Assembly: GCA_951406725.2 (NCBI GenBank)
Contig: OX597816.1
Span: forward strand, 67,890,001 to 67,954,000
Direction: 5' to 3'
DNA length: 64,000 nucleotides
Source: Octopus vulgaris
Taxonomy: Eukaryota
Each line of letters opens with the position of its first letter. Position 1 is the first letter of the stretch. Made by a program: the position numbers and the translations under genes. A model generated the notes under the pieces. It worked only from the letters and a program-made list of their open reading frames with translations, did no database searches and was not told the DNA's origin. Below are positions 40,958 to 52,264 of the stretch, in pieces.

Positions 40958-41311
40958 AGAGAGAAAGAGGGGAGTGATTAGTACAACTATTTTGAAAAAA
41001 AAACAAACAAGAGTTGAAGTATCACCACTGCAATTTAGATACGACAAACTGCCGCCTGTTACAATTTTTGATGATATTCTAAAGTATTCGTTCAGTTAAA
41101 AATAGATTTTAAAAAACTGTAAAGGAAAACTGTATTTTAAAAACAGTAAAATGGAACTGTTTGCTTTGGTGGGCGAGTAAGCCATTTCATCCTGATTTTA
41201 AATCATTCATAATTCACCCGACAGATATTTATATGTGCCCCACTGTATTGTTTTGTCTGCCCTTGAGGTGTCCCCTCTTTATAAAGGCCATGTGCCTAAA
41301 TAAAAGAAATC
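40958..41311 (+). mobile_element. 5'-truncated second copy of the ORF1-only element
   Basis: Colinear with the reverse complement of 41980-42279 plus 42669-42716 (AGAGAAAGAGGGGAGTG..., AGATACGAC.AACTGCCG..., GTCCCCTCTTTATAAAGGCCATG.GCCTAAATAAAAGAAATC). Confidence 0.8.
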
Positions 41312-41979
41312 GAGCTGTGTGAGGACGAGCATTATCGTGATGGAAGATGACACCCTTTCTGTTAACCGAGGATGCTGGCTTTTGGCTCAGAACTGTTTTC
41401 AAACGACGAAGTTGCTCACTGTAAAGATCAGCATTAATTGTTTGGTTGTTGTCCAGCAGTTCATAATGGATTACTCCTTTAATATCCCACCATACACTCA
41501 ACATGATCTTCTTTGGATGAAGTCCTGCTCTCGATTATTGAACTGGCCGTCCTCCTCGACTGATCCAAGAACGGTGTCGTTTAACATTATGGTAAAGAAT
41601 CCACTTCTCATCACCTGTAACAAACCTGTCTAAAAATATTGCTTGAAAGTGTCGCGAAAGCAATGATTGACAACAAGCAACACGCTGTTGTCGATTCTCT
41701 TGAGACAACTCGTGAGGGACCCATTTTCCGCCATTGAAACCTTTCCAATGTGATTTAGCTGGCGTACCACGGTTGTATGGGCCACGTTTAACTGTTCTGC
41801 AAGTTCCCTAGTGGTAACGGTAGGCTTCTCTGAAACAAGAACTTCCAACATTTCGGAATCAGGTTTTTTTGGACGACCCTCTTTTGGCTCATCTTTCAAA
41901 GTGAAATCATCACTTCGGAAACGGGAAAACCACCTCCTGCAACTTCTTTCATTCACTACAGCATCCCCTTAAGTGCTCT

Positions 41980-43475
41980 GATTTCTTTTATTTAGGCGCA
42001 TGGCCTTTATAAAGAGGGGACACCACAAGGACAAACAAAACAAGGCAATGGGGTACATATAAATATACTCGGATGATACATGAATATGATGAAAATGAGG
42101 ATGGAATGGCTCACTTGTCCCCTCCCCACAAAGCAAGTAGTTTCATTTTACTGCTTTTTAAATTACAGTTTTGCTTTACAGTCTTGTATCTTTTCCTTAA
42201 CACAAAATTACAACAAATGCTGCATTATATCGTCAAAAATTACAACAGCCGGCAGTTCGTCGTATCTATAGTGAAATGGTGTGTGGAGGCGCAATGGCCC
42301 AGTGGTTAGGGCAGCGGACTCGCGGTCGTAGGATCGCGGTTTCGATTCCCAGACCGGGCGTTGTGAGTGTTTATTGAGCGAAAACACCTAAAGCTCTATG
42401 AGGCTCCGGCAGGGATGGTGGTGATCCCTGCTGTACTCTTTCACCACAACTTTCTCTCACTCGTACTTCCTGTTGTACCTGTATTTCAAAGGGCCGGCCT
42501 TGTCACTCTCTGTGTCACGCTGAATATCCCCGAGAACTACGTTAAAGGTACACATGTCTGTGGAATGCTCAGCCACTTACACGTTAATTTCACGAGCAGG
42601 CTGTTCCGTTGATCGGATCAACCGGAACCCTCGTCGTCGTAACCGACGGAGTGCTTCCAGTGAAATGGAACTCTTTTCCCCCCAAATATTTCTACTAACC
42701 ACTCCCCTCTTTCTCTATCCAACAGCACGCCCTTCTTACCTTCATGGTTTGCTATTTTCACTCTGATAACATTTTTCATTTTTGTTACTCTCTTCAATCT
42801 TGACGCTTTTTTCATATACTATGAGGCTTCTTAAGTTGCTCCTTGTATTCGTTTCCTTCCTTCCTTCTTTCGTATTCCTTCTTCCTTGCTGGTTGAAGGC
42901 GACGGTTCGTGCGTTCGCGCTTCACCTGATTTTTCATTTGGTTTTCTATTTTTCTCTTTTCTTTCTTGTTCTCCTCTTCGTTTGTCTTTCTTTCTTTTTT
43001 CTCTTTGGGGCTTTTTGGTGGTGATTCTACGTTGTTTTTTCTTTTCACCACCGTAAATTGCTCCTCTATTTTCTCTTCTTCTGCAGCTGAACTCTCTTCT
43101 TGAATTTCTTTTTCTGCTATTTCCTCATCGTGTTTCTGGGGACACTTGGCCTTCATGTGTCCCCTTACTCCACACAAAATCATATTGGAGGTCTGCCCTC
43201 CACAACAATCCTCTATCTCGTCTTATCCGGAAAAACCAGCTCTTCCACAATCTTATGGAGGTCTGGCAGGCTTATATGGACTGTCACCTCTAGCCCATAT
43301 CCCCATTAGTTCATCTCCGTAGTTTTGGACATTTTCAAAATTTCTGCATCTTCCTCTGTATGGTAGAGGATGGCTGCCACCAGCCATTCCTCGTCAATTT
43401 CAGGTGGCACTTTATCTATCCTTACTCTGGCCGAACGTTTGCTCCAGCAAGTGGGCAGTAGTGTCCACTCAGCTG
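41980..43475 (-). mobile_element. Tx1-related element with decayed ORF1 followed directly by a 3' tail (no ORF2); interrupted by a SINE
   Basis: Translations VRIDKVPPEIDEEWLVAAIL, IVVEGRPP and CGVRGHMKAKC parallel ORF1 of the full element (ITVTDIPPEIDVDFITAAIL, VIVEGRKP, CGEKGHIRSSC); Tx1-like tail at 41980-42040. Confidence 0.78.
42280..42658 (+). mobile_element. SINE family C, tail type 2, with 10-bp TSD
   Basis: TSD AGTGAAATGG at 42270-42279 and 42659-42668. Confidence 0.88.
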
Positions 43476-44709
43476 ATAATCTGAAAGAAAATAGTACAAA
43501 ATAGACACAGAGATATCTTAAAACTACAAGAAGAGGTTTAAAAATTGATAAATTCGCTCTGAAACATTTTTTCTAGAAATCGGATATTACTTTTGCAACA
43601 ACCTGATAGTACAATTGCAGCGTGGAAGGTGTTTATAAGCCATTTAAGAAACACACAAAAACCGTTAGATTCACTTCAACATTTAAATTTAATTTGTCAA
43701 AATATTTTCGTCGCTTTGAGACCGCGACCTGTTCACTGACAAAATTCCGTGCTGCATCTCTATAAGTAGGATGTGATTTAATAGAAAGTTCAGTTAATTT
43801 TGTAAATAATCTAGACTTCAGAGAGATTTAGTGAGATAATTCACGTTGTTATTTTTAAGATAGCGTTTGCGACAGAAAGATGAAATGGAATCTTTATTAT
43901 GATCAAAAATGATCTTACATAGAAAGGGGCATTACAAGACAAACAAAAAACAAAAATGTTACATGAGTTCGTATGATATCATTTTAAAAATTTACTAAAA
44001 AATATTTTATATAACGATTAATTTCCTTTAAACTAGAACTTTGTTTTCAAAAAATAAGAAAACAAAGGAAGAAAACGAATAAAAGTTTAAAAGATGAAAT
44101 GATTACTTTTAACTCTTGCTTTGGCGCTACACACACACATCAAGATATGAAACGCAGGAAATACGTTTGAATAAACAGTCTAAGGGAAATAACTCTGTAA
44201 AAAATAAAAAATAAAAACTGACACTAACGTTAGTCTCCTAGTAGCGTTATGGTAATGCGTATTTAAGATATTAATTACACTCTAGTCCAACTAAACTATC
44301 CAGCATTTAATGCATTAATTAATGTGTTAAATGAAAATTTAAATGTATAATGTATGTGTATTTAGGTTGCCTTTTTCACCTACACTGATTCATTTTTTTT
44401 CTATAGTTCGGAAAACTTAGAATTTGGTTTACATTCACGGCGAGGATAATCAATGTTTTAAGCTGGATGCGAACCAATGTAATCATTAAATCTTTCACGC
44501 CCCACCCCCGCCACCACTCACCAAACACGACGAATCTCACAGTCTTGGAGGTTGCTCAGTTGATCTTTCACTGGACTTCAGTTGGTTGACTACAGTCTTG
44601 GAAAGGAATGCACGGTCACACGTTTCGCACATTTTATGTTCTCATTTAAGTTCTGAAGACCGTCACCCCGAACCCAACGCTTTAGGCTTTCGTAATCAAG
44701 GCGACCCTC

Positions 44710-45135
44710 GGATCTTTTCGGTTTGAACGGCAGTTTTTAACATAATTTCTAGGTAACTAAAAAATTTAAAACTTCGTGTGCTGGTAGAATGTGTTTATAA
44801 AACATCTTTTTCTCTTGGCTTTATTGAGAAAATTCTATAGTTTGTAAGATATTTGTTGTTTTTTTCTTCAGTTTCTGCAATTTCAACCAATCACTGACGT
44901 CCATTGAGGTAAACAACATTCTGTGTCGTATGAATATGTACCCTCATTTAAGAAACAGATTGGGTTTATTTACATTTGTGAAGAAAAAAAGATACTCTTC
45001 CCCCCACCCTAACCCTAACTAACCCTAACCCTAAAATAGATTGAAATGCAATAGATCGATACTAGGGTCATAATTATGGGTGACAATTTCATATGACACC
45101 GCTAGAAAAAACTGCCGTTCAAACCGAAAAGATCC
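44710..45135 (-). mobile_element. Second copy of the GGATCTTTTC MITE, opposite orientation
   Basis: Same TIRs; TSD CGACCCTC at 44702-44709 and 45136-45143; CCCTAA repeats at about 45007-45034. Confidence 0.92.
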
Positions 45136-45407
45136 CGACCCTCTTCAAAAGTTTTACCACCGTTTCCCTCTATGCGCTTCCTCCAGTCAGCTCTTTCCAA
45201 AGCTGGTTCTTCTTGGTGATTCACATTCGTCTACAGTTACTTGAGGTTACCTTTTATGAAGACTATATACATAGATAAGAATATACACAACCTAAGTAAC
45301 TCATTCATAGGCGTAGGAGTGGCTCCGTGGTATCGCCTCATCAATGTCTTGTCTAACTCGCAAAGCTACTCATCTTTTTACTGCCTTTATGGCAAATGAA
45401 ATGAATA

Positions 45408-45803
45408 AAAGTAGCTTGCTTACGAACCACATGGTTCCGGGTTCAGTCCCACTGCGTGACACCTTGGGAAAGTGTCTTCTACTATAACCTCGGGCCCACC
45501 AAAGCCTTGTGAGTGGATTTGGTAGACGGAAACTGAAAGAAGCCCGTCGTATATGTGTATATACATATATGTATATATGTATGTATGTGTGTATGTATAT
45601 GTTTGTGTGTCTGTGTTTGTCCCCCCCCCCACATCGTTTGACAACCGATGCTGGTGTGTTTACGTCCCCGTAACTTAGCGGTTCGGCAAAGAGACCGATA
45701 GAATAAGTACTAGGCTTACAAAGAATAAGTCCTTGGGTCGATTTGCTCGAATAAATGCGGTGCTCCAGCATGGCCACAGTCAAATGACTGAAACAAGTAA
45801 AAG
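45408..45803 (+). mobile_element. tRNA-derived CORE-like SINE (family A); representative copy
   Basis: Head with GGTTCAGTCCC B-box, CACCTTGGG(C)AAGTGTCTT core, internal (TA/TG)n, tail GCGGTGCTCCAGCATGGCCACAG; minus-strand copies at 1-290, 6362-6727, 17073-17470, 38960-39370 and 61515-61892. Confidence 0.88.
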
Positions 45804-47509
45804 AGATACATACGTGCGCGCGCGCACCCCCCACAAACATACGTGCACAATAAATAATACTAGCTTAATATTAGTTTCAAATTTTGACACGAGGCCAGCA
45901 ATTTCAGGCGAAAGGGTGAGTCACATCGACTCCGCCCCCATAGATCAATTAATACTTATCTTATCGACCCCATAAGGATGAAAGGAAAAGTCTGTCCTGG
46001 TATTATTTGAACTGAGAAGTAAAGTCAGAAGAAATGCCTCTAAGTCTTTTCTCAGGCACGGTAACAATTCTGCTAGCTCGCCACCCAATACAGTAGTAAT
46101 ACTGACATCTATAAAGGTCAAACGAAACCCTCAAAGCATACACGAACGTACTGGAACCCTTCCAGAAAAGCGACCACCCAACCAGATTGATTGACCGTGT
46201 GTCACCCACAGACTCTCTCTCATAGACGAGCTGTCCCTTCACGCTGATATTTATACTGTTAATATAATAGACTGGAGGCACGTGGCTTAGTGGGTAGGGT
46301 GTCAGCATCATGATCTTAAGATTGTGGTTTCGATTCCTGGACCGGGCGACGCGTTGTGTTCTTGAGCAAAACACTTCATTTGATATAAGTCTACCAAAGT
46401 AGTGAAACATTTAGTGAATTAATTGTTGTCTGCTTACTGAGAGCTTATAAAATATGTCCAACAACTGATGTCAAACTAGGAAGAGAAAGGTAAGGTGTTT
46501 TCATAGTTTTTTTTCTTCCAAATAACCGCATTGAGATTTGTTATAAGTCTACTGAAGTAGTGAAACAATAATATAGATAATGTGTTTGACTTTGTTCTTA
46601 ATATAAAATGAAAAGTAACAGATAAATCACAAAGTAGAAGATATGAGAATATAGAATATTTCAGAGATGTTATATCTTGAGATTGCACATTTAATATTAC
46701 TTATATAGAATTTTATATCATTTCACGGTTCTTATGGTTCAGAAAAATATACATTTCCTTCTTACAATTTTCAAAATAGTCGTCGAGTTTTCACAGGGTA
46801 CTAGTGGAGTTTCTACTGCATTTTTGACTTTGAAACAAAATATATTTTTTACAAATGTTCACTACCTTACAAAAAGTATATATCAGCTAATTGAATGACA
46901 TTTGCTATATGCATTAGGAGCATTATAACAGAATCTGACTATTATTTCAGAAATTTCATTCCCAATTTCTTTGGGCCCGTAAAAGACAAATTTGTTTGTA
47001 GTAGAATGAAGAAGATACGATAATGTAAATTTGCCGCAGATATTTTATTAGAAACCTCAATTACAATCGGGTGAAAACTGAGGAAAAATTTCTTGAAGAA
47101 AGTACATGTCAGCTGACTACATATGGGACTCTCTCAACTTTAATAACAAAACGTATGCTGACCAATTTTTATTTCTAAAGATGACCCTTCAATACAAAAT
47201 GATGAAGTAATACTTGCTGTGTAATGGGTTTAAACATGTAGAGAGAAAATATTGAGAAATCAGAAGTTACTAATTTTACCCTGGTTACTAATTTCCCTTT
47301 CCTCATTTTTACGAATGTGTTTAAAATATCAGTTAATGTTATTATGTTGAGCAGTATTGTCATTGGTAATTTATTGCAGCTATGCAAATGATGAATTTCT
47401 TTAACTTAATTTTAATTCAGTATTCTTATTTTAAAACTTTGTAGCTGTCAGTTATTTTCAAATTAAGCGTTATAAAATTTTAATAAGGCTATATTAAAAT
47501 TAGTGTACA

Positions 47510-47985
47510 TCCTTGGAGCGTAGGCGATAAAGATATGCCATAATATACATCTGGAAGATCCTAGAAGGACTTGTCCCAAACTTTGGCATCGAGAGTTACA
47601 CAAATACTAAAACTGGGCGCCACTGCATAGTGCCAATGACTCCAAATTTGCCATCAAGATGTAGGACAAGATACTGCGATAGCCTGGGCTTCAGAGGTCC
47701 ACAGCTCTTCAACATCCTCCCGAAGGACCTGAGAGACCTGCATGGGGTGGATGCGGATGTCTTTAAAATAAAGCTGGACCTCTTCCTGTCAGGTGTCCCA
47801 GATGAACCAACTTCACGGCAGGAGGTGCAGATGAGGGCAGCTGCATCAAACTCTCTCATGCACCAAATGTTAATTGCTAAAAAAGCATTCGTGAAGTAAA
47901 ATCATGTAGCAACACCGAATGGCGGTGTCCTAGCATGGCCACAGCTCGTGAGCTGAAATTAGATGAAAATGGAAAAAAAAAAAAA
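47510..47985 (+). mobile_element. 3' fragment of a second CR1/L2-group LINE
   Basis: IYIWKILEGLVPN...GPQLFNILP...FKIKLDLFLSGVPDEP...RAAASNSL, short 3' UTR, A-rich tail. Confidence 0.8.
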
Positions 47986-48564
47986 ATGAAGATGAACAGA
48001 TCTAACATCGCTTGATAAAAACTTACACTCTAGCATAAGTATACTTTCCTCATTATTCGTTAAACAACTCCAATCGAGATACACACAACAAGCAAGGTCT
48101 TTATTCATAAACAAACTACTGATCATACGCAAGATATGCCACTTTTTAAATTGTAAAATATTTAATAGTAGAACGAAACAAACACGGCGAAGTTTCAGAT
48201 CTGCACGCGACTTAATTTAGATTTTCTCCGACTTGATGGAGATTTTTCGAATTCTTTTTTCGCCACGACTTTCGAAAAGAGAGAGTGGGAGGTGCATCTG
48301 TTTATGAAAAATAATTTCTGCAAATTGAAGATCTTTTTCACCTCCACCCCCATCGCTCACTCCTTCAGGCAGATTTTGGCCAATTCTTTTGGCACAAAAA
48401 TCCATGTGAAAGGCTTTGATCTTCCTTTCTTTTTCTCTGTTGCTCTTAAGATTTGTCTGTTTAATAGAAGGGAGATAACTCGGAAATTTCTTATTAGCTC
48501 CACGTCTTTTGGTTACTATTTTCTTGCAATAAAACGCAAAGTTACTCATTGGTCAAACAAGAGA

Positions 48565-48634
<70 letters not shown>

Positions 48635-48847
48635 TTATTCACCATAAGGTTGAGAAAAAGAGGGGACAAAACAAACGTTGGGGTCAGGGTATCGAATGAG
48701 ACGAAACATATGAATAAACAAACAATTAAAATATATACAATTAAATGAGAATGAGTGATTAACAAAAAATGAAGCGGAGGACGCGGTCGACCCCACAAAC
48801 CACATACTCACACTGAAGACTTGCTCTATCCTTTTTTACATTCTCGA

Positions 48848-51800
48848 TTAAACAGGTTCTTTCACTCGCAACATACTTGCTATAGACTTCCATCTTTTAC
48901 GAAACACACTTTGCGACAGGCATTTCTTCTCCAGCCTTATTTTCCGTTTCATGTGGAAAACGAAAAAGTCGATTAGCTCGAGACTGGAGATAAACATGCC
49001 TGTTGCAATTCCTTTTACTCTCGTCTTCCACACTACTTCTTTCGCCATAGCAACTACCGAAAGAAAACAGGCTCGCTCCTCCCTATTCAGGAAGGTCGGC
49101 GGAATTATATTAATTACAGATTCGCTCGACAGTTGTACTCTTCTCGAATGCGACAGCAGGTGTTCGACATAAGTCCAGAGTTCAGTCACCTTGGGGCATT
49201 GCACAATCGCGTGCAGGACAGTTTCACTGTCCCTCTTACATCTTGCACAAACCGGCGAAGGTGCACACCCATATCTAAAGAGCTTATCTCGAACCGGTAA
49301 AGCTCCTCTGTAACATTGCCAGGCCAGGGACTTTTGGTAATTATCCATAGGCCCCGGACCGAATGTTCTTTGGAACAGGCTGGCCAGTTGATTTTCGTCG
49401 AAGCCCAGAGTTTCTCCTAGTACGTCGTCACACTTAAACTCTACTAACCTTCTATAGAAGAAAGCGGTAGTAGCCCCGCCACCGGCGTTGCCAGACTGGG
49501 AGAGAAGCACGAGTGCCTGATAGCACTCTGCATGCCACATGCCCAACCTCGGTCTACATTTGATCCATGGGTTCAGTTCGTTAAACGATGTGAACTGTGG
49601 AAATAACAGCTTGACAAACGGAGACCACACCTGCTCACCGTCCAGGTAAATCCAGAGGTGCCTAAGCCTGAGCGCATGTCTGCGCATTTTTAGCCACGGC
49701 ATCCCTAACCCACCGTTCAGCGGCTTTTGGCAGCAAATAGAGCGCCTTACAAGAGGTCTGCTGCCCCTCCACAAAAAGCGAAAGAGCATGCGTTCCAGTT
49801 TGTTCAGCCACGAATCGGGGCAAGGCACTACGGTTAGGCGGTAAGTGATTACAGAGGCGATAAACACTTCTGCAACCTCCGCCCTCCCTTTCAAGGACAG
49901 TTTCCGCTCAGACCATGTCTGAGTTAGGAGAGCCACCTTTCTCGCCACCTCGCTCCAGTTCTTCTCTATCTGGAGATCTGGACCTAACCAGATCCCAAGC
50001 ATTTTCACCGGTCCTTCCGTCCAACGTCCTACGACGCTGTCGGAAGACATCGACTTGCCCCTCCAGGTGCCGAGTTGCAAGCCGACCGATTTATCCCGGT
50101 TGACTTTCGCTCCTGCCACCGCTTCGTAGTCCCTTAAGGCCTCACCCACCCACTGTAGGTGCTCGACTCGGGAAACGATGACGGTGATGTCGTCCGCATA
50201 CGCCGAAGCTGACTTTCCGCACCCTAGATCTTGCGGGGTGCCTCTCATAGTTTCCAACCTCCTCAGCAACGGCTCGAGGGCCAAAACGTAGAGAAGCGGG
50301 GAGAGAGGACACCCTTGACGTACCGAACGTTCAATGCTGAACGGTTCCGAAAGGAAACCATTTACCCGAACTACCGATTCGATGTTGCTGTATAAAGCGA
50401 TGATCCATCCGCGGAAGGTCGGGCCGAAGCCAGCCGCCGCGAGGACCGCCTCCAGATACTGATGGTCCACCCTATCAAACGCTTTCGATTGGTCCAAGTG
50501 GACCATAGCCCCATCCTTGCCAGGAATCCTATTTACCCTTTCTAAGGCATAGCGTAGAAAGTGGAGATTGTCGTGGATGGTCCTTCCAGGGATGGCGCAA
50601 GTTTGCGCCTCGCCAACAATTTCACCCACGACCCTCGCCAACCTTTTTGCTAAGACCTTGGCCAAGATCTTCAACTCTGCGTTAAGCAGAGTGATAGGCC
50701 GGAAATTATCAATTAAATCCCCCTTGTTTGGGTCCTTTCTTAACAGTGCTACCACCCCTCGGCTCACAGACTTAGGAATTCTCCCGTTCTGCTGCCAGTT
50801 GGTGTACACGCATGCAAGTAGGTGCCCAAACAAGTCTGGCATGCTACTATAGAGTTCGTAAGGCAAACCATCGAGTCCCGGCGATTTGTCCTCGCCGCAG
50901 TCTGCCAACATATCCTCGACTTCTTTGGCTGTGATCGGCGCCTCACAAGATTCCGCGTCCGGCCTCGATAGACGCGGCGAACCGGCTAGGAAGTCTGCGA
51001 GCTTCTCCCCGCGCTCCAGCCCGCCGCTCCTCCCGAATAGCTGGGCGAAATGATCATGAAACACCTTGCACATCTCCTCGGGTTCGTTTACTAATCGACC
51101 ATTTGGGCCCGTCAAGGATCGAATGGTTGAGTTGTTGCCACGTTGGCCCTCTACCACCCGGGCCCATCCGGCTGCGTTGATCCCTTCCTGTCTCATTGCA
51201 CGGATCTTAGCCCTGACAATGCACTCTTCATGTTTAGCTTTGAGATGTTGGTCTAGTGCTAACCTCGCCGCTAACACTTTCGATGCACTGCCTGACCTCA
51301 TTGCCTCCTCTATTGCCTTAACTAGTTCCTTTTCTACTTTGTTTCTAGCACTAGCTAGTTCTTTGCTAAACCTAATTGACTCAAATTTGATGGCTCTTTT
51401 CAGGGCGTACCACCATTTATTGTTGATAATGGATCCGGTTAACGCCCTCATTACTAATTGTTTAATCCGATTCCTGTAGGCTTCACAGTCCAATAGTGAC
51501 TTGTTTAGCTTCCAGTAGCCGGTACCTCGTCTACACATGCTATCTATGTCGAGCGTACATGTCACTAATTTGTGATCGCTGTAGCTGACGATATGGTGTT
51601 GTGGACAGCTAAGTATTTTCTTATCTTTCCTTCTAGTTATGATTCTATCGATATAAGATCTGGACGACCCGTCGTTTCTTGCCCATGTCCACGCTGGAGT
51701 GTCTGGATGGTCCAGTCTGAATCTATCTGCCAATTCGAAACGACTTAGCATATCGTTGAGGTGAGGTAATCCCCTCGTATTCTTTCTTGAGCCAACATAA

Positions 51801-52264
51801 TCTACGCTTGCATCGCAAATTATGTTGAAGTCACCTAGCAATACTAACGTGTTCGACGTGCCAAGAAAATTCTCTAGGCTTTTGAAATACTCTTTCTGCC
51901 CGGCTTTTCCTTCGCAGGGAGCATAGACAGCGACCAGCCTGAACACTTTACCACTGCTGTGCGTCACATCCAAAACGACCAACCTGCCTTCCGGATCTAT
52001 AAAGACAGTTCTAATCTCTAAATCCAGGTTTTTCCTGACCAGCACTGCCACTCCTCCTCCCCCTCCAGGTCGACAGGGAGAAATGTATTTCTCGTAGCCG
52101 TTTAGAAGGGGCGAAAAAGCCTGCAGTCCACTCAGTCTGGATTCGGTAATTACCACTACATCCAAACGATGCGACCTAAGGTCGTTAAGGAGGTAGCCTT
52201 GCTTCCAATACGACCCCAGGCCGCGAGTATTTATACAACCGAGTTTAAACGAGAAAGTGAAAAT
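48848..52264 (-). CDS. LINE ORF2: AP endonuclease + reverse transcriptase + zf-RVT, uninterrupted
   Basis: INTRGL, ITE, GDFN, SYIDR, SDH (APE); KSPGLDG, FRPITLLN, KAFDRV, RQGCPLSP, YADD (RT); CARC...ETVLHAIVQC. Frame is open from 52264, 33 codons upstream of the track start. Confidence 0.95.
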   Translation of the reverse strand: MFTFSFKLGCINTRGLGSYWKQGYLLNDLRSHRLDVVVITESRLSGLQAFSPLLNGYEKYISPCRPGGGGGVAVLVRKNLDLEIRTVFIDPEGRLVVLDVTHSSGKVFRLVAVYAPCEGKAGQKEYFKSLENFLGTSNTLVLLGDFNIICDASVDYVGSRKNTRGLPHLNDMLSRFELADRFRLDHPDTPAWTWARNDGSSRSYIDRIITRRKDKKILSCPQHHIVSYSDHKLVTCTLDIDSMCRRGTGYWKLNKSLLDCEAYRNRIKQLVMRALTGSIINNKWWYALKRAIKFESIRFSKELASARNKVEKELVKAIEEAMRSGSASKVLAARLALDQHLKAKHEECIVRAKIRAMRQEGINAAGWARVVEGQRGNNSTIRSLTGPNGRLVNEPEEMCKVFHDHFAQLFGRSGGLERGEKLADFLAGSPRLSRPDAESCEAPITAKEVEDMLADCGEDKSPGLDGLPYELYSSMPDLFGHLLACVYTNWQQNGRIPKSVSRGVVALLRKDPNKGDLIDNFRPITLLNAELKILAKVLAKRLARVVGEIVGEAQTCAIPGRTIHDNLHFLRYALERVNRIPGKDGAMVHLDQSKAFDRVDHQYLEAVLAAAGFGPTFRGWIIALYSNIESVVRVNGFLSEPFSIERSVRQGCPLSPLLYVLALEPLLRRLETMRGTPQDLGCGKSASAYADDITVIVSRVEHLQWVGEALRDYEAVAGAKVNRDKSVGLQLGTWRGKSMSSDSVVGRWTEGPVKMLGIWLGPDLQIEKNWSEVARKVALLTQTWSERKLSLKGRAEVAEVFIASVITYRLTVVPCPDSWLNKLERMLFRFLWRGSRPLVRRSICCQKPLNGGLGMPWLKMRRHALRLRHLWIYLDGEQVWSPFVKLLFPQFTSFNELNPWIKCRPRLGMWHAECYQALVLLSQSGNAGGGATTAFFYRRLVEFKCDDVLGETLGFDENQLASLFQRTFGPGPMDNYQKSLAWQCYRGALPVRDKLFRYGCAPSPVCARCKRDSETVLHAIVQCPKVTELWTYVEHLLSHSRRVQLSSESVINIIPPTFLNREERACFLSVVAMAKEVVWKTRVKGIATGMFISSLELIDFFVFHMKRKIRLEKKCLSQSVFRKRWKSIASMLRVKEPV

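Larger units (their letters stand above)
40628..43606 (-). mobile_element. Decayed mariner DNA transposon with nested retroelements
   Basis: TIRs TCAGGTTGGTGCGAAAGTAAAATCCGATTT / AAATCGGATATTACTTTTGCAACAACCTGA flanked by TA; transposase pieces RWFSRFRSDDF, MLSVWWD, HHDNARPH, HPPYSPDLAPSDYHLF. Confidence 0.88.

Noticed and set aside
41225-42066. Inverted repeats flanking the mariner core, suggesting a novel transposon with long TIRs
   Set aside because: They are the 3' ends of two oppositely oriented retroelement copies; the real mariner TIRs are at 40628 and 43606.
45001-45036. CCCTAA repeats as a telomere or chromosome fusion scar
   Set aside because: Short and internal to a MITE present twice in the window.
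49915-51479. Plus-strand ORFs antisense to LINE ORF2
   Set aside because: Expected shadow frames of a long GC-richer coding sequence; no independent evidence.
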